Assembly: GCA_002104905.1 (NCBI GenBank)
Contig: MCFE01000251.1
Span: 49,887 to 113,886 of the forward strand
Direction of reading: 5' to 3'
Origin: Basidiobolus meristosporus CBS 931.73
Lineage: Eukaryota; Fungi; Basidiobolomycota
Length of the DNA: 64,000 nucleotides
Below, piece after piece: positions 52,895 through 63,768 of this stretch; within the stretch, counting starts at the first letter, position 1; the number at the start of each line of letters is the position of its first letter. The notes beneath the pieces are model-generated. The model was not told the origin of the DNA. It ran no database searches and was given only the letters and a program-made list of their open reading frames with translations. The position numbers were made by a program, and so were the translations under genes.

Positions 52895-55471
52895 GGCGTC
52901 CAAAGTATGTGATTGAAGTTGTTGTCCCGCCTCCCCGAAGTTGGTAAATCCCCCTCGAATTCGTGCCAAGCTCACTACTAACAGCACCATGCCAGAGGAT
53001 TTGCCGTTAGATGATGACCCAGGCATCGATGAAGAAAGCGTTGATGACTTGATGCATCTACTCACTCCCCTCGTTAACAAGGATTGGGGACTGGGCCACG
53101 TTGATCATATTCCCAAGTTCGTGAAGTTTATGCGAAGCGAAGAGAAATCGTCGCGTCGTTCCCTTCTGTTGACGGTCCTAGTGAACACAACTGATCGTAC
53201 AACGCTAAGATCGTAAGTCCAGCTGAGCCACTACTTCGTGACCGTTGCTAACTTGGGCTTGTTACATATATAGGTTCTCGTATTCAAGGGGTCTTACCGT
53301 ATTGCGAATGTGGATAGTTCAGGCCCAGAAAGAGAACAGCCCATTGCTCATCAAATCGCTAGAGGTGATTTCGAAAAGCTTGTTTACTCTGATTTAGAAT
53401 TGAGCTGATACGCGATTTCGTAAGGCATTGAAAAACATTCCAATGGAAATTAATGTTCTCAAAGAATCCATGCTTGGCCGTGTGATCAGAGCACTGAAGA
53501 ATTCAGAAGAAAAAGGTAAGTGCAAACTATCTGCAGAGAGTATAGCGGCCGTGTGATAATTTGTGTATTTCTAGACATCAAAGCACTTGCTACAGAGCTG
53601 ATGAATCGATGGACTAAACTGATTCAACAAGAACGTACGTGGGTTCATAACAAATCACTCATGGAAATACTGACACGAATTATCTATTCTCTTTGGTAGC
53701 TACACCACCCCTGACGAAGAATACTCAGCCAAGGTAACATACCCTCTACCATCATGCATAATAATTTGGAATACTGAGCTGTTGTTTCGAAAGTAGTGAG
53801 AATATCGAGACTAAGCGAGTAGCTCCATCCCGCGGAGAACCGCAAAAGCCATTACGCCCTGAAAAGACGTCTAGCCCTGACGTGGTATGTTTGTAGAAAT
53901 TCATCAATATGTGGAGTATTTTTACTCAACAGTATCGTCATTGCAGAAGAATGAGAGGCCGGCTTACTCTGAGATGCTCAGAACCGGGCCAATGGAGATA
54001 CACAAGGTTACTAATTCCAACAAGAGGAAAAGCCCTCCTGGAGCAAGCACCGACTTTTTTGTAGATAAACCTGCCTCCTCGTTACCGAGAGCCACCAAAT
54101 CCAACTCGATATTTAAACTTAGCGCACAATCAACCTCGAAGGAGAAGAGGAATACATTCTCGCCATTGGACGCCCTGCTGCCGAAAATACTCTCCAAAGG
54201 AGGGAATAGGCAAGAGATTTGGCAAATTCCTCCACACTGCCTAGCATGCACTAAACTTGATTTCTAATTGTAGCTTGAAGCGTAAGCACGGGCAGGGATA
54301 CAAGCTTTCTAGTACGGCCATCACAACATCAGAGCCACATCCTTCCACTAGGCCTGACACCGAAAGCCTCCTGAAGCCAGGGACCAAGAAGAAGCGCGTT
54401 ACATTTGCACCCAGCTCTTCACTCTTGCAAATTAGAGAATTCAAAACTATCTTGGTAAGTCTTTGTATAGCTATTCCATTAGGGTGGAATATTCAATTGC
54501 CACCGGACCTCACAGGAAGAGCCATACATGCCGGTATCAAAAGATTGGGAAAGCCCGAAAAAGATCCACTTTGCTGTTGATATTGTTCAAAGAGGAGGCA
54601 ATAGCTCTGAGGTTTCCGCACAGCAGGCGCGCGAATCCCAATTCCCTTCTATAATTTATGTAAGTGAAGGTAAAATCCCGAGTACTCCGCAAGAGCCGGA
54701 CGAGCTTCCCGTTGACGGCCTTTCCCACGAACCAAAAGTGATCCCCCTCTACGATGTTGGGAGCGAGGCCTTCCAGTTGTCACAGCTATTGTCGCAAGTA
54801 TCAGTTGCAAGCTTTTTAGCTCCCGAATTGTCATCCAATCAAACCACAGATTGCAAGCTACAACCCAGCAGCCCTTCAGGGCCACGGGAATGCTCAGTGG
54901 AAACTCAGGATCCTCCGTATGACCCAGACAACCCTGAGCCTGACATGCTGAACTCAAGTCACACGAGTCAGTATAGAGGGCAGTATAGGTTGGTTTTAGA
55001 ATATGTTAGAGTTGACGATTGGCTGCTAAAATATCACCTGCACATTCTAGTGAGGCCGGAGAAGAATCATACAGTACATTTCAAGGCTACTCTCAGGTAA
55101 CATCCAATGAACTGTCTGCGCGGTCGTCTGATTTTAATAGCGTTTAGAATTCGCAAGAGCAGTATGATACATATCAGCCGTATTACAGTAATTATGACCA
55201 ATATCAGGGCAATGAATACGATTCTGAATGGGACCGTGGTTTGAGCTATGATGAGCGCCAAGGAAGGTGCACTCCTGGGAAGAAATCGCATAAGCGAGGT
55301 AGAAGTCGCGGAAGAACCGGCCCAAACCTCAATAATAATCGCTGGAAGTCGGGGGATGATTTGGCAACGAACACTAGGTCCGCATCTGCACCATGTAAAT
55401 TCTATGCGGAGGGAAACTGTCGATATGGAGAAAAGTGCCGCTTTTCGCATCAGCTTGGTAGAGATCGTTGA
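52895..55471 (+). CDS. PNUTS/PPP1R10 (Ref2/Ppn1-like) PP1 regulatory subunit: TFIIS-N-like domain, RVxF motif, CCCH zinc finger
   Basis: TFIIS-N-like exons (GLTVLRMWI...LKESMLGRVIRAL...ATELMNRW), KKRVTF...LLQIREF (~54386-54445), W..P...RGGNSSE...Q..RE...IPSTPQEPD, and terminal CKFYAEGNCRYGEKCRFSH. Confidence 0.82.
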
Positions 55472-56640
55472 TTAGACAGTATGGACGGTTTTGCTTGATT
55501 GAGTTTTGGATACTGGGAAGATTTTATTATTGTGCCGGAATGCAAACCAATAATTCTCGTAGTACATGTAGTGGGATTAATTTTGGCAATGACGTGGCTT
55601 TATGCATAAGTAGATTCTGATATGAAATGCCACAACAGTGATGATCTAGTCACATGATTTATTTGAATGCCGTTCTTGAGATGTATATTAGGCTTGATTT
55701 TACATGCGATCAAGTTGGTGTACCATCACTATGCGCGCAGATACACCATAATAATACACTATGCCCCTGGACCTACCTATTTCACACATACTTTCGGTTA
55801 ACATAGCTTATATGCTAACTGAATCCCATCATTTTTACCATTAAACAGGCATAGTGGATCTTAACAGAGCGTATATTTGGGTTGACTCCTAATTAACTTG
55901 ACAACAAACAGGGAAACAGCCATTGGAACTTGGATATAAAACGGATTAATTTTTGATTTACATATAGTATAATTGACGACTACATAATCATTGGATATTT
56001 TACAAATTTCAGGCAATCAAGAGTCGACGTTTCTACAGATGTAATGGCTGAGTTATTCATTAATTCTCCAAGTAGCCCACGCTGATGTTTACCTTGACCT
56101 GACTCTTTGGGACCGAGGGTTTTTTCTTACTGTTTTTCACCATGAGCGTGACTGGAACGGATGTTTCGTGGTCTTAAATTCAAGGTCGAGCTGAGCCACT
56201 AGCTTTCTACATGTGTAAATGTCGTGGAATGATTACCATTTTCTCTGCCTCCCGTTTCCTTACTATTTGATGCGCTTGACGTAGGTACGGCTGCTTCTTG
56301 GCAACCTATTACTTCGTCTAGAAATGATATTAGGAGCTTGATTCGAATACTTTCGGTGATTATCACCTATCGAATATATCGAACGTTACCTGTGTTGTTC
56401 AAGGAGGCTGTTGCAGATGTGGTGGGAATATCCTTGGCTAACTGAGAGCTGTTACATAAGTTGATAAGAATATTGTTATATGTGGCCTTTTTTCTAGGTA
56501 CACGATTCAAGCCTACTTTTTACACAACTCGTTTAGGGATTCTTGATTTGTTAACTGGGCACTCTGAAGGGATATATTAATTTTAATGCAAAAACACTAG
56601 AAAATTTGATTTCTTACCAATACGCTGCCACATTTTTTCT

Positions 56641-57739
56641 CTAACTCCTTCAAACAATTTATGACTTGGCCAACCTGTTCTGAAACATTCTTTGTAATGG
56701 TTAGATGTGATATAAAAGATATATCATTATTGTCTTTAAAACCGTAATATTTTGCTGCATTCGGGTCACTTCGATGTTCAGTTGTTGCTCTACTTTGGCC
56801 TCCATGGAGTCCACTTTGCGCACAACCGCTTTCACTGGATATTCAAAATATTAGAACGTGAATTTTTCATGGATACATATATGTCGTACAAATCTCCTCA
56901 GAAATAGCTTCGCAGATCTCTGCGGTCATTTCTTTGCTCCTAGTCATAATTCCGTCAAAAAGGTCTTGCTGGTGTTCGCTAAACTCCAACGTCAACTGTT
57001 TGCATTTTTCATGATATACTAGAGTAGTGCATAGCATATCAGAACAGACGGCATCGAATTCCCGTACGCGACTTTTCAAGTGTCGAATATCGGTGGAGGG
57101 AAATTTATCACTCTCCTCGGAGTATAAGCTGTAGTCCAGGGCTACCTTTGAGCTCAGTATCTCCTTTTCTTCTTGCGTATCGCTTTTCTTTGCTTTCTCT
57201 GCTTCGTCAAGAGTGGCCTTCAGAGATGGTAGTGAAATGTACCGCTTAAAAATTGCTTTGACATCTGCATTGTTACTATTCAGCTTGGTGAATTCTTTTA
57301 GTCTTTGTGGTCAGAAATATTAAATCAACTGATATTGATATATACATTGTTGTTGTTCTCTGATAATTCAGCATTATGGTGTTTGTCGTGGGCAATAAGG
57401 TGATTTCCTTCATGATCTGATATTGCAGTACAATCACTATCGAACTCGTTCTCTTCCATACTTGCTGAGAATTGGGGCTAATGTATGTAAGTTAAGAGTG
57501 CTAGTTAAGAAATAAAAAAACGAAATATTATTAATTACCAATGCGGTTTGCTGTGTGGAGTTTAATATACCACTTGCCTCACGTGGGCCACTGATTACTT
57601 TTCTATTACTACATCCCTTATGGTGTAGACTTGGCATCGGCTGAGGGGAATCAAATATTGTAGAGGACAATGATGAGGGATTTTCGCTAATAGACGATGG
57701 AGAGGGTAGCGGATACGACTTGCTTAATCTACTGACCAT
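56641..57739 (-). CDS. hypothetical multi-exon coiled-coil protein
   Basis: Ser/Pro-rich first exon from ATG 57739, a long open helical exon at ~57310-56890 and a heptad-like exon (VRKVDSMEAKVEQQLNIEV). The 3' end is approximate. Confidence 0.5.
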
Positions 57740-59110
57740 AATTTTAATGTTGAAGTCAAATTTTCCAGTTCCAATTTACTTGCCTTTCAGCTTTAATACC
57801 TTCACCTGCATATACACAGAAATGCATCATCGCTGTTGTGCACCTAGTTGATATTAATCTCAAACACAGTTATATGCTAAATGCTCATTCATGGCAATTT
57901 ATTCGTCGTAACAATTTACCAAACTTGATGGCATATCATGAACGAGAGTTACTGCGGTATGCTCATTGCAGATGTATATCACTCTCTTCACATGTATGGA
58001 TAGGATTTACACATATTTGCAATGGCTTAGAAATATTAAGGATAGATAAAAGTATTGATTTGTGTGGTTGAATAACAATCATACCCTTGGTATAATCCAA
58101 GCACATAAGAGCATCATATAGAAATTAAACTCCATCACTAAGAATAATGAGTTTGTAGTATATTTGAGGTATATGACTGCTTTGTGGTTGAGGAGTAATA
58201 TGATTAATTCAGTATGCACATTCGTTTGTTGCGGACTTCAAATTACAGCAAATATCGGAACCTCAGTAAATCTAGTACATAGTTTTACTTGACTTTTGAA
58301 CCATCGCCGAAACTTAGAAGTTTGAGCTAGGCCTAAATGCGCAACTTTGTAGAGCATAATGAGTACTGCCATGTTTGTGACTTCGGTTAATCTACACTCA
58401 AGTTTGTATTTACTGATCAGCATGTTCTTAAGTGCATGTCCAGACGAGCTGCATAATGCCACTCTTATCTCATCACAAAGCTACAGGTACTTATTGCCAG
58501 TACATGTGAACACAAAAATATACCACTGCATCATAGCTGCTAAAAATAAAGAGATGGCCCTATCCGCTTTCATCACTTAACTTTAATTATGCTAAACATT
58601 CGTGGACCAGTGAATTGCTGGTACTAGACCTGGTTTACATATACACTAAATGTTTCTGGATAAAGTTACTTGATCGGAGCGGGATATCCATATAGAGGCG
58701 TATGAGAAGCTGAAAGCGTTTGGTTTCAACATCGTATCTAGAGTTGCCCTATACATAGGTGAATGTAAGGTTGAATACACATTATATATTTGGTTGCTTC
58801 ATGCTAGCTATTTGTCCAGTGATCCTCTAAATCACTTGTGCTGGAACATAACCTGATTAACTAATCGGAAATTAGCTCCGCTACCAGGATAACTGACCTT
58901 GTTTACGTAGGTTCCCCACGCCTAGAACGATGCCCTCTACAATACTACTACTTCTGAATAGATGTTTCTGTTTCCTAGTCACCCAACCTATTAGTATCCG
59001 CTTCTTGATGATTTATCACTCTGAAGGCAAACAACTGCTTTACCAAAATCCAAGCACCTTGGCTATGGGACTGAAACACAATATAAATACTGCGCAGTTT
59101 ACAATTAGGG

Positions 59111-59500
59111 AGGGGGGGGGTAACATCTCCATTATAGTGAAATCTTTATTTTGCTAAGTAGCCAGAAAAATCACTAGCTAAAAAATAAAGTAGCTAACCA
59201 AGAGTTTCCAAATGTCTTAAGTATATATTCTAACTTGAACTGAATTTCTTGGGTACTATTACACCAAATTAAATGGAGTTTTACTTGAGAGAAGAGAAAG
59301 GTGAGGGGTTTTGGGGAAGCTGAAAGTTGTAAGTGATGCTTGTCTATATAATAAATATCTCTATGAGAAATAATTGTCAAGGTATAATCCAAAGGCCATC
59401 ACAAAATTAAAGTCCTGTGACAATGATGTATTGATCCTGTCAGGACACCATACAAAGACTATTGTGAAGTAATTGCACCCCAGATCTCACAAAAAACTTA
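59111..59500 (-). mobile_element. telomere-proximal LINE unit 1 (short 3' remnant)
   Basis: ORF 59174-59392 (YIDKHHLQLSASPKPLTFLFSQVKL...KLEYIL) aligns with the C-terminus of unit 3 (YIDQKHLQFVLPPKPLNFIFTPDEL...KLDYLL). It carries a diverged copy of the shared 3' motif at 59111-59152. Confidence 0.75.
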
Positions 59501-59503
59501 GTT

Positions 59504-61572
59504 GGGGGGGAGACAGTCACCAACAGGTGAAATCTTTATTTCAGTTGAAACAAAGAAGCCAGTGCTACTGTTGTAGCTTTGATACAAGGGTGTGCAGCTG
59601 AGGGGAATTTGTAGGGAGGTTTACAAGAAGTGATGATAGTTCTTCAGTGCTCAAGACACTGTTCAGTGGGAAGGGTGATAGCAAGAGAGGTAAGAATGAC
59701 TTGTGAACAACATTAATGAGGGGAATGTGATAAGGATTGATATTCATCATAAAGGGAGTGTGCTGCTGCAGATATTGCTGCCAAAGGTCTGTCAAGTACT
59801 TCAGGTAGGCCAGCTTGGGTTTTTCTGACTGCCAAATATAGTGAACAAAACTTCTTGACTTCAGGATCTCCAAGTATAGTTCTCCAGCAGGAGCCAGGTG
59901 TAGTGTGATGTGTTCTCTTCCAGGCCTTAATCAGTGGGTTGTTGCAGTGGTGAAGTCTGAGATATAATCTGGTTCTAAGGTAGAGAAGTCTGATCTTATA
60001 GGGCATAAACCCAAAAGCACCAAGAATAGCATGTCTGTAGGGGCATTCAGGCAAATGAGGCACCAAGGAGGTAATGCACCATACTGCAAACTTGTCAAGC
60101 TTAGTGCAGTCTTGAGAAGTAAGAGAGAGAAGTGGTAAGCCAATTCCAGGACAGGGAAGACAAACTGCTTGAGTAGAAGGAGGCAGCTGGGAGCTGAAGT
60201 TGTAGGAGGAGTAACAGCCAGTAGCTTGTGGAGTGCCTGTCTTGCCAGGATAATTCTCTTCTTCAGGTGTGCTCCAGAGTCTAGTCCAGTAGGAAGGAAA
60301 GGAAAGCCAAGATATGTAGCAAAAACCTGAGCAGGTAGAGTGGAGTTCTCCAAGTTGATGGGAGAGCCCAAAGGTACTGTCTTTGCAATGGAAAGCTGGA
60401 GATTATTCTTCTGCAGATACTGGTGGATGGTCTGGGAGTCTTGTTGCACATTGGAGGAGGATATTCTGATGTCATCAGCAAAGAGAGTGACCAGGCAGTC
60501 AGCTGAGAGTCTTGGGAAATCATTCAGGAAGATGGCAAACAGTGTAGGACCAAGCACAGAGCCTTGAACCACTCCATTAGGAACTGGGAACACAGCGGAT
60601 TGCTCACCTGGGTGCAGAATTCTTGCTTGTGGATCCAGAAACAGAGACCTGACAAGGAGGGTGAGAGAGGTACTGTAGAAGCATTGCAACTTGGACCAAA
60701 GCAGATTTCTGTCAACTGAATCAAAGGCCTTAGTAATATCAAACAGAACAGAGGGATACTTGCACTGGAGAGAGTGATCTTGGCTAAGTATGACTGCATA
60801 TTCCAAGGAGAGGCCAGGAACAAAGCCAAACTGTGCAGGATGAAACTTGAGGGAGTCAGAGTAGAGCTCCTGAGCAAGCAGAAGCTCAAACACCTTTCTG
60901 CAGGTGGGCAGCAGAGATATTGGCCTGTAGGAGCTAGGATCCAGGTGCTTTCCTTTACCCTTGTACAGTGGCAGAACATTTGCAAAGGACCATTCCTCAG
61001 GAGTAGAAAGCTGGGCTGAGCATTGCTGAAACAGTGGAAGCAGAAGTGCAGACATGGCCTTGGTACTAGTCTTCATAAGCTCATAAGAGATTGTGTCCAC
61101 ACCTGGAGCAGTAGAGTTGGGAAGCCTCTTGAGCACATTATAGATTCTCCTTTGATCAAGTGCAAGTGGGATGGGCAGAGTCTTGAAGTCAGGATGAAAG
61201 CCAGGAGTTGAGTACTGCTTTGTAGAGAAGAAGATGTTAGCCAGCTGTTCTGTTGAAGGTAACTTCCTGGAAGAGGGCCTCATTGCCCTGTAGAGTCTTG
61301 ATACTGCTCTTGTTATAGAGTTGGAAGATTGCAGAGGCAAAGAACTCATAATATGATCCCAGAGCTGAGTATGCAGAGTGTGGTGAATTGCCTTGGAGTG
61401 GTGTATTGCTGTCAGGAGGAGTTTCTCTGTTTTTGGGTTAGGGAAACTCAGGTAGCTTTGTTGCAGGGCTGAAACAATGGATTCCCATTTTCTTGAGGTA
61501 ACAGCAGTAGTCTTGCATGGCAGTGAGAGGGAGGCAGACACCAGAATCAGATGCTTCACAAAGAGCCAGGCA
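59504..61572 (-). mobile_element. LINE unit 2: 5'-truncated non-LTR retrotransposon RT with two frameshifts
   Basis: LINE RT motifs TAPGVDTI, YRPISLL, QFGF, FDITKAFDSVDR, GVVQGSVLGP and LFADD. Apparent 1-nt frameshifts at ~60143 and ~59848 link the three track ORFs; both lie in homopolymer runs. Confidence 0.92.
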
Positions 61573-61574
61573 TA

Positions 61575-63244
61575 GGGGAGGGAAAGTCACCAAGTTGGTG
61601 AAATCTTTATTTGAGTTAAGAACTAATCTAAGTACAAATAAAGAAGCCAATTCAGAGGTCTAGAACCTCTCTAATAAGTAATCTAATTTATGTTTTGTTT
61701 CATCTCTAATGTTTGTTTCAATAAAGTAAAGCTCATCAGGGGTAAATATAAAATTCAGGGGTTTTGGGGGGAGTACAAATTGTAGATGTTTCTGATCAAT
61801 ATAATCCAAGACTGGAACCCAGCCTGGGATTAGGTGCAGTAGGAAAGGTGTATGGACTTGTAAGTAGCTCTGCCACATAGATCTTATATGGTCCTGAGCC
61901 AGTAGTCTTGGTTTCTCAGCTTTTTGAAGTTTTGAAGCAAGCTCTGTTACTACAGCAGAGCCAACCAGGGTGTGCCAGCAAGAAGATTTCAGGGAGGATT
62001 CAGATTGAAGCCATTGTTGGATGGAGGGGTTATGTGATTTCTGAAGTTTGACTAGGAAGGAAGCACGGAGATAGATCATTCGGATTTGGTATGGGTAGAA
62101 CCCAAAGGCTCCATTAGTTGCATGGATATAGGGAGATACTGGAAGATAAGGTACCAAGGATCTGATACACTGATGGAGAAATTTATCCAGGTGGTGAAGT
62201 TCTCTGGAGGTTAGGGGTATAATGTGGAGACCAAATTCAAGTACTGGCAGCACATACTGCTTCAGAAGTATAGGGATCTTTTGAATTGGAGTGTCTGGAG
62301 TGACTACTACCAGAAGCTTTTTGAGAGCCTGTTGGGCAAGACGGATCCTATTATTCAGGTGGAGCTTGGAGTCAATCCCATGTTGACAAAACGGCAGACC
62401 TAGATATATTGCAGTTTGTTGTGGCAGAATGCTAGTGTTCTGTATAGTTGTAGTGCATCCTATTGGGACTGTCTTGGAAATTGAGAGTGAGAGGTTGTTG
62501 GCAGCCAAGTACTTCTCAATGATGGCAGTGTCTGCTATGGGATTAGGAGTAGCAATCTTGATATCATCCGCATAGAGAGTTAGTAGTGGATAGGGAGAAT
62601 CTGGTGAGGGGCCTTTTGGAAATAAAGGAAAGTCATGTAGGAATATCACAAATAATAAGGGACCTAGTACAGATCCTTGGACTACTCCATTTGGAACCTC
62701 ATAAGTCTCTGATGTACAACTTGGATGCAAAATTTTGGCTGAGTTCTCACAAAATAGAGAACGTACAAGAAGGGTCATTGGTAGTGTGGTAACTGCTAAT
62801 AGCTTTCTCCAAAGCAGAGCTCTGTCCACAGAGTCAAAGGCTTTAGTAATGTCAAACAGAATGGTTGGCAATGAGAATTGAAGTGAATGATCATGGCTTA
62901 GCACTACAGCCATATCCAAGGAGAGTTTGGGCAAGAAGCCAAACTGAGAAGGATGGAATGGATATAGTTGAGATTGCAAGGATTTTGCTATTATAAGCTC
63001 AAAGATTTTCTGGCAGGTTGGTAGGAGTGAAACTGGCCGGTAAGAACCTGGGAGTGAGTGTTTCCCCTTCCCTTTGTATAAGGGTATTACATTTGCCTGT
63101 GACCAGGCCTTTGGGGTAGTCAATTGTTGGGCACAAATAGAGTAGAATGGGAGAAGTAAGTGACTCATTTTGGAGTAGCACACCCGGAGTAGATTGTAGG
63201 TAATCAAGTCATGTCCAGGTGCAGTATTTGCAGGAAGCTTCTTA
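61575..63244 (-). mobile_element. LINE unit 3: 5'-truncated non-LTR RT with an uninterrupted frame
   Basis: The frame is open from the junction (KKLPANTAPGHDLI) to the stop at 61660. It contains YRPVSLL, FDITKAFDSVDR, GVVQGSVLGP and LYADD. Confidence 0.93.
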
Positions 63245-63326
63245 GGGGGGGAGGAAAGTCACCAAGTGGTGAAATCTTTATTTACTTATAACAAGTATCT
63301 AAAGAAGCCAAGTTAATCTGAAGTTA

Positions 63327-63455
63327 TTCCTAGAAAGCTAGGTCTGGGAGATATCTTCCTGGTAAGCCAGGTCTGAGAGTTGAGAAGCTGAGTGGTACTA
63401 TATTTCCTAGTTAGCTAGGTCTGAGAGAGGTTTCCTGGAAAGCCAGGCCTGAGAA
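63327..63455. repeat. four ~24-bp hairpin-containing repeats arranged as a ~77-bp tandem duplication of a pair
   Basis: CCTAG-AAAG-CTAGG (63329), CCTGG-TAAG-CCAGG (63358), CCTAG-TTAG-CTAGG (63406) and CCTGG-AAAG-CCAGG (63434). Each is preceded by TT and followed by YCTGRGA. Confidence 0.9.
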
Positions 63456-63705
63456 GTGAGAATCTGAATATATCTGAGCTAAGTTATACTGGTTTGCGGT
63501 AGCTGAATTGTAGCCGGAATGGCCAGTAGACTGGGGGAACTGAGATGAATTTCTGGGCGATCACTGGCCAAATTTACTAGGCAAATCTGGCCATTAGCAT
63601 TTCAAGGATTTCAGCCAATCAGAGCCTTTACTTTGCCCGATGGTTGATCAAGCCATCTCCCAATGAGCACACATCAATTTATTAATCAAATTTTTGCTGG
63701 ATCCA

Positions 63706-63759
63706 GGATTTGAACCCACAACCATGGGTATGGAAGGGTTAGGGATAACCACAAGGCTA
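63706..63759 (-). promoter_or_regulatory. internal type-2 RNA polymerase III promoter (A box 63749-63759, B box 63706-63716)
   Basis: The B box matches GGTTCRANYCC. The A box has one mismatch to TRGYNNARNGG. Spacing is tRNA-like. Confidence 0.7.
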
Positions 63760-63768
63760 AGTGTTCTT

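Larger units (their letters stand above)
59105..63283 (-). repeat. conserved 3'-terminal junction motif, 4 dispersed copies (59105-59152, 59498-59541, 61572-61612, 63242-63283)
   Basis: On the plus strand each copy reads TAG, G-run, a variable segment (GTCACC...GGTGA in three copies), then GTGAAATCTTTATTT. Confidence 0.92.
63245..63768 (-). mobile_element. terminal SINE-like element: tRNA-derived head, non-coding body, LINE-shared 3' tail
   Basis: The minus strand has an A-box-like TAGCCTTGTGG and a B box GGTTCAAATCC 32 nt apart. There is no ORF, and the 3' end matches units 2 and 3. Confidence 0.75.

Noticed and set aside
59504-63244. Terminal RTs as telomerase (TERT) or Penelope/Athena/Coprina-type RT
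   Set aside because: The motifs (APG.D, YRPISLL, D..KAFDSV, G..QGSVLGP, Y/FADD) are those of LINE-class RTs. TERT T/CP motifs and PLE features, including hammerheads, are not seen.
63327-63455. CRISPR-like reading of the palindromic repeats (also considered for 44364-44484)
   Set aside because: The spacers are very short and are themselves duplicated, there are no cas genes, and the context is eukaryotic.
63691-63768. Functional tRNA gene
   Set aside because: A and B boxes are present, but there is no acceptor-stem pairing and no anticodon arm. It is treated as a tRNA-derived SINE head.
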